In this document: piece by piece, positions 39,601 to 53,250 of the stretch
Numbering within the stretch: the first letter of the stretch is position 1
Layout: every line of letters begins with the position of its first letter
Assembly: GCF_964355755.1 (NCBI RefSeq)
Contig: NC_092675.1
Location: 22,664,912 to 22,728,911, forward strand
Origin: Antedon mediterranea
Taxonomy: Eukaryota > Animalia > Echinodermata
Direction of reading: 5' to 3'
Length of the DNA: 64,000 nucleotides
Translations under genes and position numbers: made by a program
Notes under the pieces: model-generated
Seen by the model: the letters and a program-made list of their open reading frames with translations, nothing else
The model's database searches: none
What the model was told of the DNA's origin: nothing

Positions 39601-42547
39601 TTTTATCTTTACAGTAGTGAACGGACGGAGTTAAGTCACCTCTGGTTCGACTGTCGTGTATACAGTAGGCCTATTTGGATTGTATGAAGATAGGGTTTAA
39701 ACATTATACCATGAAGCGGAACATGAAACTTTCAAACACTGTATTATTTTAGAGTATACGGCACACGATATGAATATGATTGTGATGATAAACGGGATTT
39801 TGTAGCATGCATATTGAATATTTTATGTTACGATATAAATCCAATCTTTCATGGTCTATCAATATTCTTCTTAACACATTCTAGTTTTAAAACCCGTTTA
39901 CGCAAAACAAGCAGAAACGTTATCTGCCTGCTAAATAACTAATTCCAATTTGTGCCAATAAATTAAATTTTAAATGAGCACTGGAATGTTCACACTTGTC
40001 ACTTTTGTGAAATATACTTTTCTGATTAGATCAAGAAACAAGTTAACGCTATGAATATATTATTGTCAACTGAATTACCGTTTCATCATACATGGGATCC
40101 TCCTCTTTGACAAAGTCGAACACCTATTCAGCAATAAATAACCATGAGGTAATTTTTTTTCCGATTGTGTAAGGCTTTGCAGGGTGAAGATTGCCTGAGT
40201 GAGACACATTCCCAACATAATACAATAGAACCCCTATTAAGGAACGAATAGGAACCCAACACTGAATGGTGTAAAAACATAAAAGAACATCTGGGATAAA
40301 AACAAACTCTAACTAAAATAAAATATTCGTTAGTTTTCACCTTCATAAATCGATATTTTTTCTAGGTTAAATATGATTAATGATCATCATCCGCCTCTTT
40401 CATATCTAACATATTTAGAGAAGCGAGTATAACCAGTATAGACAAATTAATGACTTTAGTTACAGAATGAAGTATTTAGGCCTATGTTTACGTTGTCATG
40501 ACGACTTCATTTACGATAACATTAGTCAAAGGAAATACTGTACAAAAAATGATGACCTATCAAAAATATATTATATAGTTTTACTTACGAAATGTTATCA
40601 TGTGTGTTAATGTTTGTGTCCGTGGGACTGAAAGGTGAGATGAAAGTTCAAATCGTGCATTGAAAACTAACAACAGAATAACGATTTTATGAGGTTACAC
40701 AGAAAATTAATAAAACAATATATTCTTATGTTGTCTTATATACCAGCCATAAAACTAGGTACGAGGTCATCATCTCCCGATGGTAACTCGGTGCATACTC
40801 CAATTAATCCATTTTTACTATATTAATATCTGAGTCTTGGAATGACGGAAATTGAGTTTACAAAACTATTTCAGTGTAGTGGATAAGCCACCAAAGATTC
40901 TTTCCTTATGACCAATCCTGCGTTCTTATTGGCCAAGATATAAGGACTAGTGTTATGAAAAGGGTCTTGTTTATAAACAATACTATATCTTTGCTACTAA
41001 CGTAACATAGATATATAAAATATAAATATTATCCAACTAAAACGCCTAGAGAATCAGGACTGAATAAAACTACGGAAGCATATTACTTGCATTATTATAA
41101 TACTACTATGTTGACAATATTCGATAATAATGTATACTGAAGGGGAACTCGAAGACACGGTCAGTCTAATGCTTATAGTCTGTCACCAAAGCTTAACATT
41201 TTATTTCAGATATGCAATGTATTCATGTGAGGCATAACTAATAGCATTCACGTTCCCTCATCAAACACTCCGGTGCAGAAAGAACAAAATACATTTGTGA
41301 TGAGATAGGTGAAGAAAATTAGATAGGTGAGCATGATAAATGGTGTAAAGGCCAACGGCGCAGATCCGTTTTTAATAGTGTGGGGTGGGGGGGGGGGGCG
41401 TATAAAAATGAAATACTTGATTGAAATATATATTTATACTGGGTCGGGGTCAGGGGCGCAAAGCCACATAGAAGCTCGGTTTCTTTGAGTAATTTATATG
41501 TCGTTTCAATCGATTTCTGAGCACATAAAAATTCCGCCCAGAAGAATACAATTATTTTGGGTTACGCACTTTTTAGGCACTGGTCCTGATGCGCCACTAG
41601 TTACATTCACGCAAAATATATATACTAGTGTTTTGGTATATACTATATTTTCTGAAATTACATAAGATATGTCATAGAAGTCTTACTTCCTATTTCATTT
41701 CAACAATTTAATGATTTTGCTGTTGAAAAGTAAGGGGGACAATCTCTAATTGACCAGGATCTGCGTCGGTGGTAAAGGCGGTTATCCCCATTTTCCTTTT
41801 CCGCATCAAACTCTATCTGTATAGAGACGACGACGACGATTATTGTATAATGACGATGATGATGCTGATGGTTTAAGTTTTGATAATTTATCATGAATGA
41901 GATGGTATGGATGCTGTAAAGAATGATAATTGATTTCAATTGTTTTGAATGCACATTAATGACAATGATGTTAATGGCAACTTTATAATGATGTGGTAAT
42001 TTATCTATTGACTACAATAATACGCAAGTCGAGAAAAACTGTTGATGTTGATGACAATGATATTTATAAGTGACAAAGTAGCAAACGACATCACTCTCGA
42101 CAACGATAGCGATCATGATGATCAACTTTAAATTACACATTGCACGGCATTCGAATATTGTTAGGGTTATCTTATATTATATTTGCCAAAATCAGATAAG
42201 CCCTTAGAAAAGACGTCTTCTCAGACACTCCCTCATTTTGTATCTGCCCGCGGCCCTGCAGGAAAGACCTCTGGGCCTCCATGGATAAATGAAGTTGACC
42301 TTGACCATGACTCATGATTTAGTTGATTATTGATAATTAATTTTAACAACAATATTTTATAATCTAATAACTATCACCTAATAGTGTATTATCATGCGTG
42401 TGAATAATATAGTGTACGTGTTAATAGCTCCATGATTAAACCATATAAAGTGTCAATAACTAATTTAACATTAGTAACTTATACATTATGGTGCAGCAGT
42501 ATACTTAATTACAAAATGATGCGTGGCGCATAATAACAATGAATATA

Positions 42548-42757
42548 CAGTAGAACCATGTGGGACCCAACACAGTGTTCATTAAAAGGGATCCATGTGG
42601 TGTTCATATTCCTCTCAATGGGACGTCCCTCCCCCAACCCCTAAATAAGGGTTTATCGTGGTGTTTCATTTCCCATTATTCGTCTCACGAGAAAGTGTCC
42701 CCGGAAGTGTCCCCTTTAGGAAGTGTCTCTGATTATAGGTGCCGAGGGGTTCTACTG
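42548..42757. mobile_element. Tc1/mariner-pogo-like MITE
   Basis: ta-cagtagaacc ... ggttctactg-aa termini and internal gtgtcc/ct repeats. Confidence 0.65.
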
Positions 42758-42784
42758 AATTGAATGATATTCATGATCACTAAC

Positions 42785-42946
42785 CGTGAATGCATCAGAG
42801 TCACCGTCTGGACCCAATTCGAGGCATGTTCCGAGACTTACTCGACGTATATTTACTCTCCGATGTAACGTACGCGAAGGTCTCGGCGGTTCGCTTTGCC
42901 GTCGCTTCCATCGGAATCGTGACTCGGATACGGCTGCCACAGACAT
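42785..42946 (-). CDS. Candidate distal first coding exon MSVAAVSESRFRWKRRQSEPPRPSRTLHRRVNIRRVSLGTCLELGPDGDSDAFT (phase 0)
   Basis: GC/CpG-rich ORF, aggATG start and donor acg|gttagt. It is in phase with exon 21926-22101 and has RRQS and RRVS basophilic kinase motifs. Confidence 0.6.
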
Positions 42947-45488
42947 CCTACCAAATTATTATTATATCCACACACACACGCACACACAAATCTTGTTTCC
43001 ACTGGAACCTGAATATAATATCCACATATAAATGTTGCAGAGATGTGTTTTAAATGCCAGTTATTGACAATTGTAGCTCGAATAATAAGACGTATATCTA
43101 TAGTTCATTTATCATGTAAATACCTCCATGTATTTGACCTCATAATCGGGCTATATTCCAAAAATTCCTTTCACCTAGTAAAGTACAGATCTCTTTGAAA
43201 TCCGGTACATAATAAACAAGTAAAATATTCCATGAAAGAACTCGAGCAGAAATTATTGATATCGCACACGTGTTGGAATGAGCATTCTGAACGAAAATAG
43301 TATTTCCATTACACGCGTCCCATCACCATAAAGTAGGCCAATTAATTCGATAAAGCGAATCAGAATCACGTATGATGAGGAGGACTAATCCGATTTCCAG
43401 TACGCCCACTGCAGTAATGATAAAACCTGGTATTGACTATCAATATCAATAGCTGTATTAAATCCAGGAACAGTTAGCAAACTCACATTATTGGGTTGGT
43501 ATATGCTTCACCTGGTACAGTTTGTACTGGTTCCACTGTTTAACTTTAATCAACGTCCTAACAATACTGTTTGATTGGCTAATTATTTTTCGTCACTGTG
43601 GTATAAATGTTGTGTGGCTCAATTCTGTACTGTCCAGACAGAACAATCAAATAATCGTATACCAATAGAACTATTAACATTTAATATTCTTCCTTTGCTT
43701 GTAAAATTGTAAATACTCTCATCAATCAATATGAGGAATACTGTACTTACAAATAGCGTTTCAATGAGCCTCTTGGCTTCAAATTACGCGATTATAATTC
43801 GTTCATCCTCTATGGTGTCAATGCACATTCTGGAATTAATTTAAAGGGTGTGGATTTCCATTCCGACGTATACCCAACATTAAAACCTCATCAGTAGACA
43901 AAATATCTCCCAAGAGAACAATATTAAACACCTAATCAATTTAGCACTGTAAATCGTCTTGATAAATGAAATAATGCACAGCAATCAGCATCACGGAAGC
44001 ACCTTGTTGTATGTTCTGTACTAACTGGTATTCTGACAGGTAAATAGAGTAGTAGTAGGCCTATTCTTCATATCCTCAACATTATGTACGGCTTCACTTC
44101 AATATAATGACAGTTAAAACAGCCAGGTCGACTCTACACAACTAACAGTTAAAACATTTCATATACGTCGAACAGGTAAAAGACGACCATAACAATGCTA
44201 TGTGTACGGTTGTTCGAGTACGGATAGGGAAACAATAATGAAAACAGAGTTTACGGTTCGCCGATTTCATACGCCTTCAGAGAATAATCGTACAGACGAA
44301 CTGAGTTTAATAAAAAGCTATAAATCCTTATTTCCGTGAAAAACTATAAGGAAAACATGCATATGGGCCTACGTAACAATGCATACTGCGATTATACTAT
44401 AGCTGTTACAAAACACGTGCAGTTAAATCCTGATGTATGTTTGTGAATGATGTGTGTGAAACTACTGGTAACATAATTCAAGCTTGTATAGGTTACACAT
44501 TTATAAATGATCAACAAAGCTCTGATAACAGATAATAACGGCTACTATATTCTTGGTTGTATATTAATCAATTACATAATCAAACACCATACACTCCAGT
44601 AATACCGATTGGAGATTTATAGGATCGAAAATTGAATTGTGACCTGTACAATGGTTTTGAAACCTAGAAGACCTAATGAATTGAATTCAACTAAAACACT
44701 GTTTTCCGTGCTTAGAAAATTTGTTATTGAGTTATATAACACCAACTGTGCAATGTCTCGTAGGCCTATCTATTACCAGTTATATCCCATATATTGCCTT
44801 GTAATATATTCCCCATGAATAATTCAACTTAGCTCCTGAATCCGACAATACATACAGGGAAACAACATCAAAACTCCAGATTAATTGTCGGGTTTGAATT
44901 ATATTTAAAAAGAGAACTATGATTTTAACACTAGTGATATGAAAATGTTTAGTATATAGACATTTCTTTAGTGGAAATTTGTTTAGTAAATAGTAGACAT
45001 TTAGAACATACCAAATTACTGAGGGCGCAATTTGAATTTGGTAATTCACCAGATACCTACGAATTGATTTCAGATACAATAAACTAAGATACTAAAAAAT
45101 CAACAAATTCAATATTTTCAACTTATTACAGGATTTTGTTTATTTATTTACAGTATTAGTATTTTATGAGACAAGGAAGACATAAGGAAGAATATAGCAA
45201 CTATCAAATGCTAGAACAGATTGGAACACGAAACATAGTTAAGAAAATGATAGAGCCTACGAATCCGCCTGTATAAAGCCTAAAGGCCCACTTACCCTCT
45301 AGGGCGATAACGATCGACGATAAATAGATAAACATTCATTTTTCTTGGATAAAACAAAAGAAATTGCAACAGTTTTCGTTCTAGAACTATAGGATAATAA
45401 TTTAGGCCCTATGCTGTATTTGATAGAAATAATATTTTTTTAAATCCAATCAAATTACGTCATGATCAATAAAAACTATAAAATCGTT

Positions 45489-48400
45489 TAGTCAGGCAGC
45501 ATTTGTCACTATATTAACTTTACTTCATATATTTAGCCAAGTTTGATTTTTCACTTTTAAATGATCAAGGACATCACAAGAAACAACTTCCAACTTGTTG
45601 TCCAAATTCTAAACGCGTTTTTCATTCGCTGGAGGCGCTTTTTCAAAATGGCCGCCTATGTTATCAAGTACTTATATCTCGGCAACCAGTAATTGTAGAG
45701 ACTTGGTTTTAGTCTTAAAATGTTCGTAAGGTACATAATTCTATTCACTATAATGGAACATTTTGCCCTAAAATGACCGGAAATACTATTTCTGACCATT
45801 TAACCTTTGACCTGATCTTATCATATCTCAATAACTATTGGTCAGAAAGAGTTGATATTTATCCCAAATTTTTCAGAAAATACATGTTTCTATTTGCTTT
45901 AATGCAAAGGTTTGTTTCAAGATGGCCAGAAAAACCATATCTGACCTTTGACCATAACCTGTGTGATATCCACAACATGTTGGTTATAGATAAAATTTTT
46001 CGACAGATTGCTCAGAACATCCATATTTGTAACACATTATTGATTTTTCAATTATTGATGCTTTAAAACATTCACTTAAGCTTGGAAATTAAAGTTTTAA
46101 AATAAATAAAAGCCACTCATTATCTCCATACATAATCCTAGCCTGTGATTGGCTGAAAGTTCAAGCAGATTAGTTTTCATGAGTTTAAATGGTAAGTGTT
46201 TTTTAAACCGATTTAAACAGTGTTTGCTGGGAAATCATACTTATTATTAGTACATATACATTTACTTGTATAATAATGTACCTATGCTGATATAAATGTT
46301 GTACAGAGAGGCCTTAGTTAAATAGTTATAAACTATAATTCCAGCCTAGGCCTTGTCGCTAACACCTAGCAAACAATGCTAGCCTGGTGAGATCCCCGTG
46401 GAACTCAGTGACAAGCCAACTCAGTGCCTGGCATGGTAACCTCCGATGATGTCAGTCAAACGATTGAAAAGCGAGTCCAATTAGGAAAAGAAGCATTGGA
46501 TAAATGTGTGACTTCACGAATGGTTGAAAAAACCGTAAAATTTTGGGACCCTCAAAAGAAAAACAACTTCTCTTATTTCAAGGATGTAGGAGCAGTGGTG
46601 AAAACCAAAATTAAAGGTCAACTAGTTTCAATTAAGCAAGAGAGAAAGATGCTGTCTAGGTTGTTAGTTGTGGCAAAGAGCAGGCCAGAGTTCGCTCTAA
46701 AGGATGTCATAGGCAACTATGAGTTCAATAGCACTCCACCATCAAATTTCCATCCAGATGGAAGAATGGTATTGCAGTCAATAACAGAACTCCCTCTACC
46801 AGATAATGTCAGCAGGCCTGTACAGAAAGATGATAAAAAGCAGCATCAATCCTAATTATTGATGGAATGTGTGTCGTCAATATGGTAAAGAAGGTGTCTG
46901 AAAAGTTCAATGCTTCTGACTTTGCATCTGAATTTGTTAACCTGATTGTTGGTATGAGCAAACCATATGATGAAGTTCGTCTTTTATTTGATCAATATCT
47001 ATCAGGATCTTTAAAAGAATCTACACGAGATAAGAGAACACAGAAAACAACTACCATTCACTACCATGACATTTTTATCGCACAAAGAGACCAAAGCTGA
47101 ACTTACAAAATATCTGTCAGAGAAGATACCTAATCACTTCAAGAACAACACGAAGAAGGTCCTAGCAACACATCACACGTCCATGATGGCAAACTGCAAT
47201 CTCTCAGAAGTTATCAAGATGCCAGAGATGACACACGGACAACACACATTGGAAGAAGGGGACCAACTGGTCTTATTGTATGCCTTTGATTGTATGAACA
47301 AAGACCCAAGTGCCAATGTTGACATATTTTCTGTAGATACTGATGTCTTTATCCTTTTAACAGGAAGCTATCCTATACTTCCTCCAATGACCACATTTTG
47401 TAGGAAAAGAGGGTAAAAAATACCTATATGGCAATGCTATTACCGACTTTGAAAACAAATATCAGCAGCACTGATTGGATGGTACGCATTAGGTACAGAT
47501 AACATAGGTACATTTGCTGGAAAAGTAGTGTCCGCCCATTTCAAAGCATTTCAATGCATTTGCTGTATATGGACTGACCTCTGAAATACCAAATTCGATT
47601 TTCAGGCAAATGGAAAGATATGTTTGCATATTATACAGTACTTCTAAGATCAAGGCAGATTATGTCACAGACTTGAGATGGATGTTATTTGCACCGAAAG
47701 GCAAGGAAGGACAACAATTACCTCCAACCATGGGAACTCTTAGACCACACGTGGAAAGAGCATACTACATGTCTATTGTATGTAATTCATCATGCAAGCC
47801 AACTCCATCTATTCCACCAGCAACTGACTACTCCTGGCAACTAGAAGATGGTCACTTGAAGCCGGTATTTTGCAACAATCCACCAGCACCAGAAGCTCTT
47901 CTAGAAATTCGTCGATGTACCTGCAATGGTTCATGTTCAACAAATCGCTGTAGTTGTAAGAAAAACAACTTGCTCTGTACTGATGCATGTGAGTGTGGTG
48001 ATGGATGTGAGAATACAAAGGACTGGAATGTAGAGCTAGTAGACGATATCGATGAACTTTATTGACTGGAGAGGGTAATCTGACTATATTCAATATTTAT
48101 GGTATGTATTTATTTATTATAACAGTTCCATTGGTGATTTGAAATATTGATTTTGGAACAAGGGATATCATCAACAAAACCACAAGTACTGGTACAAGTT
48201 ATAAACAATACTAGACAAATCTATAGTCTCTCAGTTGTGGATATTACATGCATTAGGGCAAGAGGTCAGATATGGCATTTCTGTTTGCTTTAAAACAAAA
48301 CATTTAATTACAGTAAATATAAAAAGGCATACTGTGAACAATTTGAAACAAATTTCAAGTCTGTGTGATCATTAGTTACCGAGATATGATGATAGAAGGT

Positions 48401-48710
48401 CAAAGGTCAAACGGTCAGAAATGGCATTTTCAGTCATTTCTGGTCAAAATATTCCATAGGGGTAAATAGAAATATGTACCTTATAAACATTTAAAGATTA
48501 AAACCAAGTCTCTACGATTAGTGGTTGCCGAGATATAAGTACTTGATAGCATAAGCGGCCATTTTGAAAAAGCGCCCCCAGCGAATGAAAACGCATTTAG
48601 AATTTGGACAACAAGTTGGAAGTTGTTCGTTGTGATGTCCTTGATCACTTAAAAGTGAAAAATCAAACTTGGCTAAATATATGAAGTAAAATACAAATGC
48701 TGCCTGACTA
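45489..48710 (+). mobile_element. Academ (AcademX-type) DNA transposon, internally deleted, 3222 bp
   Basis: TAG...CTA termini, a 3-bp TSD GTT on both sides, and imperfect TIRs of about 480 bp (45489-45976 / 48234-48710). Internal XPG-nuclease and Cys8 coding remnants are present. Confidence 0.9.
46424..48065 (+). pseudogene. Frameshifted C-terminal half of Academ protein: XPG/FEN1-like (PIN-fold) nuclease plus Cys8/CXC zinc finger
   Basis: Motifs IIDGM, LFDQY...SLKESTRDKR, LEEGD, SVDTDVFILL, GTDNIGTFAGK, LPPT and CTCNGSCSTNRCSCKKNNLLCTDACEC are spread over four ORFs. No DDE transposase region is visible. Confidence 0.85.
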
Positions 48711-49439
48711 GTTGTGTTGTCATGGTATTACCACTCTTACTAATCATGACGTCATTTGATTGGACGAAGGAAAGATTATTTTCATCAAAATCAGCATAGA
48801 TGATAATCCTGTAGTTTTAGGAGGAAAACTTGTTAAAATTCTTTTATTTATTTATATAGTAAATGGATTTTGATAAACGAAAAATTCATTCATCATTATA
48901 GCTATTAAAAAAATGAGGGATTATAGTATATAACATATTTTATATTTTGCTTTTTAAATTGTGCTTTGCGTTTTTATCCTTAATCAGGCAGTATATTTTA
49001 GGCCTTCTCATTTAGCTTTGATAGCAAATTATTTGCATTATGTATTATTATTTCTAATATTCCTCACTGATTATCATAAAGAATAACTAACCATAAAAAT
49101 ATACAATGAATATTCATAAAGCTAGTAAAGTGTATTCCCAAATGGAAAAAAAATAATTGGATGAAGATTGCTGACATAGAAGACGTCACACGGAATGATG
49201 TTTATTGTCTCCAGACATGATACCGCTCTTTCTTGATTTGCATGACTTGGCACTTTGCCGTGATGCTAAGTAACTACTTATTAATTTGCTATTGAACATG
49301 GTGTAAACAAAATTGTATAATAGACATTACCATAACTATAAAACAAATCAAAGAACATGAGTCTGTCTAAATAAACCGGCAAAGTAAAAAAAAATACCTG
49401 CAAAGTTAAAATTTAAAATAAATGTGATGAGGAAACAGA

Positions 49440-50000
49440 AACTAGAAATTCGTATAGGCCTATTTGAAAGTAGCAGTCAGTGTTGTAGATCTAAATGAAA
49501 TGTAGGTGAGGATATGGGTAAAGGATTGAAAAATGGGATATTTTTCAAAAAGACGATATAGTGTTATAACAGAGCGGGCAAAGTAATCACATAACCAAAT
49601 TCAAAATTGTTGTGCGAAACATGGACAATGGAATAAAGTGCACAACGCATGCTAAGATAAACAATGCTATACACTGGCAAATTAAAATATCCTGAACAAA
49701 GAAATAGAAACATGAACTATAGTAGCTAACTTCATAGGTATCATTGAATAAGTGAAATAGTGAAGAGAATGAGATTTACATGGATCGGACATGTGTTAAT
49801 AATGAATCTGAATAATACACCAATAGTTGCACTTGCATGGACGAATAAAAGAGTGTGAAAACACGCTAGAGCTAGAGATGAAAAGAATTCATCAAGGAAA
49901 AATAAAGGAAGACGTTTAGACAGGACGTGACTGCAGCCCAAGACATAGCAGCGTAGGAACAGAAATACTAGGCCATGCGCTGATTACCATGTGGAGAGAA
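49440..50000 (+). mobile_element. Degraded RTE-clade LINE 3' fragment
   Basis: Near 49770-49845 it codes RFTWIGHVLIMNLNNTPIVALAWT, matching the RTE W.GHV.RM...P..AL.W motif. There are many stops and frameshifts. Confidence 0.55.
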
Positions 50001-50427
50001 GGAATTAATATATTTTATTTTAAATATGTTTTTATATCTGAGCTTTTTATCATTTTAATTTTTTTTTATCATCGAAAATCTGTCCTAGATTAACGGTGAA
50101 CAGTCCTACATAATGTATGATTTCGAAGATACATTAATCCAAACGTATATCTTGTGATATTTCAATACAGGTAAGATTTATTTAAATTGAAAATAAATAC
50201 CTCCAATATCCTACATATAATCTTATGATAAAGTAATATAGTGTATCACACACTCGTATTATTTCTTATTCGTCGTTTTCCACAAATCATATGCCTGATC
50301 ATACTTGCGTAATAGTACATCATTACACAGAATGGTGATTCACGTAAAACGTTATTAGAAGCATTTCGGTAGATATATATGGTAATGCACCAACATTTTT
50401 TGACAATTATCAGGTATCATTCTTTTG

Positions 50428-50655
50428 AAAGAAAAATAGAAAGAAAATAAAAAGAAAAACAGAAACCAAAAAAATAAAAAAATAAAAAGTAAGAAAAAAA
50501 AGGCAAAAAAAGAATTTAAAAAGGAAAAGAAAAAATAAAGAAAAACATTAAATAAAAAAAAACCCGAAAAAAGTAAGTAAAATAAAGAAAAACAGAAAAA
50601 ATTAACAAAGAAAAAAGGAAAAAAAAAACAAAAAAAGGGAAAACAAAGGAAAAAG
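50428..50655. repeat. A-rich low-complexity tract
   Basis: About 230 bp of almost pure A runs interrupted by g, c or t. Confidence 0.85.
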
Positions 50656-51329
50656 TAACAGGACAGTAAAGTATATTATAAATAAAACATTTTAAAACAT
50701 CATTTTAACAAGTGGCTTCATTATCACCATAACAAATTATGTTTAAAATTTAGAATTTATATCGATTCTAATTCTAAGAACTACCGGTAATATTTGTATA
50801 GTATGAATTATAGTATTAATGCAATTTTGATGTCTATTAAATAACCTTAATATTTTAGACAAATTAATTTCCTTTAAAAGCATCTTTTAGGTATGAACTT
50901 TAAAATAAAATCACTAATTTGTTGCTTTTCCGGAATATTATAGCACTATACAAATTTGTTAATATATTATACAAGCTATAGCCTAACGATTGGAATATAT
51001 ATTTGTATGAACTAAATAGCAGAATATATGAATATTATTACTTTAACATGATAGCTCAACCTACAACACCACCATATACAAACAATTTTGAACACAAGTT
51101 TAGTTCATCGCCAAAAAGTGCTTTCCATTAATGTCATTCTTAACTATACTAAACTATTAGTCGAGTAAATGCGCTTCTATGAAAAAAAAAAGATTATTAT
51201 GTTTATTATTTCCTAGAGTTGCGACACAACATTAACTTCTCGGTTAAAGCAGAATGCCGCAAACCATAACCATGAATCGATCCGAGTTCAATGCTCTTCT
51301 CGACAACAATTCTATAGTGGTAGTTGAAC

Positions 51330-52403
51330 GGGTGTCACGAAAGCTCAGACCACGAAAGCTCAGACCCCCTAAGACCTAAGATCACGAAAGCTAAGACCCA
51401 ACACCTAAGATTACAAATACTAAGATATACTACAGCTTAAAAACAATACTTGTTTATCCATACATAATTTTAAACACAGTAGGTTTCATTTATTACCATA
51501 AATATAATTTAATACTACCGCAAAACATAGATAAACTCACATTATTTTCGCCCGTTGAGTAAATGTATATTTTTTCTTTACAACAAACAAACTTGACGGG
51601 TTGTTTGTTGGTATATATTTACTCCATTGTGTTGGTTCAGAGGATGTTTTTCTTACGCACCTGCCTTTCTTGTATTTTGACTCCACTCCAAATTTGTTGA
51701 CTAACTTTATCCTGAACACCACACATTAAAATTAGGACTTATAAGTACTTTCAGAAGGAGAAACACATAATAACAAATAAATAAATCCTTTAAATTGATG
51801 ATTTTACAGATGTGTTTCTTTGTATACTGTAATGTAACTCCTCGAGCTCCCCATGCTCAATGTTTTTGTTTCTATGGAGCGCCAAAAGAGCAACAATAAT
51901 AGTACAAGTATAAAAACAGAAAGAAAACGAAACAAAAAAACTTATCATGATTTTTAGATTAAAATTTATTTGCCAGTATTTATTTCTTCGTACTTGCATG
52001 ATTATACTATTATCATTACAATTTTAATTTTACATTGTTCCATCCACACTGTAGATGGACTCCACAGAGTTTTCAGCCCTCTATATAATTTTTGCTCTTT
52101 TGACGTTCCATAGAAACAAAAACATTGAACATGGCCCTGTACTGTAGGCTAGTCATTTTGTGAGCGAGAAAAACGTCTGTAAAATCATCAATTTAAAAAT
52201 GTATTTGTTACTTTTTATGTGATTCTTTTTCATGAAAGTGCCAATTCTAAGGTGTGGTATTCAGAATAAATGTTAGGAGTTAAAATACAAGGCAGGTGCG
52301 AAAGATAAATATTTGTAATCTTAGTTAGGTGTTGGGTCTTAGCTTTCGTGATCTTAGGTCTTAGGGGGTCTGAGCTTTCGTGGTCTGAGCTTTCGTGACA
52401 CCC
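51330..52403. mobile_element. Non-autonomous foldback/MULE-like DNA transposon
   Basis: The TSD is gtagttgaac (51320-51329, 52404-52413), or 8 bp if the terminal C/G belong to the element. Near-perfect TIRs of about 90 bp are built of cacgaaagctcagac repeats. Diverged inner inverted arms are also present. Confidence 0.9.
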
Positions 52404-52869
52404 GTAGTTGAACAGGCCTGTTTCGGATAAGGACTTAACTGTAGTGTAAGTGCCGGCTGGCTCTTCACAATTTAGAGCCCATCATTAACTAGGCTATTTA
52501 ATAATTCCCTCATCACCTCCTCAACGTGCAACTGCCACGACAGTCAGGGTAAACATGACAAAATGTTTCCTACTTTTTAGGAGTTTTATCAGATAATCTA
52601 TATTGTTTTTGACTACTCGTTTCACATGACAACAGTGCTGATTTTGCCATTTTTCCTTTAAGTTACCAAGCGGACCATTCGTCTGCCCATAACGACAGGC
52701 ACCCTGATTAAACATTAACAAATGTGCCTTTAAACAATTCAATTTACAAACACAATAACCAACTGCAATTTGATAATGATGTAATGATGCTTTTACATTT
52801 TTTTGCGGTGGGTTTATTTTACAAGGCCCAATCAATATCATCATACCATGAATTCATGCCTTCCTTCCT

Positions 52870-53250
52870 GTTGTAGACGGATCTGAACACGGCCCGTCCG
52901 TTTTACGAGAGCAAATACCTCAATAATGTTAACTGGTTTCCTTATTTATCCATATCATAACAATCAATCTTGAGAAGATTAAAATTCCGAATAAAAAAAA
53001 AAGACAAAAGATTTAAACGAATTTAATGAACTTGAGTTCAGGATTTGGCATGGTGCTTTATTTAACAAAATAGAGCCACTTACCGATGTTTTTGGAATAA
53101 AAATACTTCGGTCATTACCCCATAAATGCATTGGGGGATTAGGCCTATCTTTCTGTTTGTCTTCTAAACGTGTTTCCAGTTCTGCTGGTAAGTTATTGCG
53201 TGTGGTCAAATTCATGTAGACATCAGTTGATTCGGTATATAACAAGATAG
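52870..53250 (-). mobile_element. Degraded LINE ORF2 C-terminus and 3' UTR
   Basis: ORF 52979-53245 has NNLP...SVSGSILLNKAPCQILNSSSLNSFKS, a decayed CR1/L2-type C-terminus. Confidence 0.45.

Larger units (their letters stand above)
45282..48900. mobile_element. Old palindromic MITE split by the Academ insertion (arms about 45282-45488 and 48711-48900)
   Basis: 45362-45470 is a diverged reverse complement of 48732-48840 (ctatgctg, tccaatcaaattacgtcatgat versus atcatgacgtcatttgattgga). Confidence 0.7.

Noticed and set aside
41353-41600. hAT-like MITE with cagtggcg-type ends
   Set aside because: The termini are too degenerate and there is no 8-bp TSD.
41700-42125. His-rich ORF 41700-41954
   Set aside because: It derives from degenerate (gat/gac)n microsatellite sequence.
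42683-42730. ETS (ccggaagtg) and tctcacgaga motifs as a promoter
   Set aside because: They lie inside the Tc1/pogo-like MITE and downstream of the candidate exon's donor.
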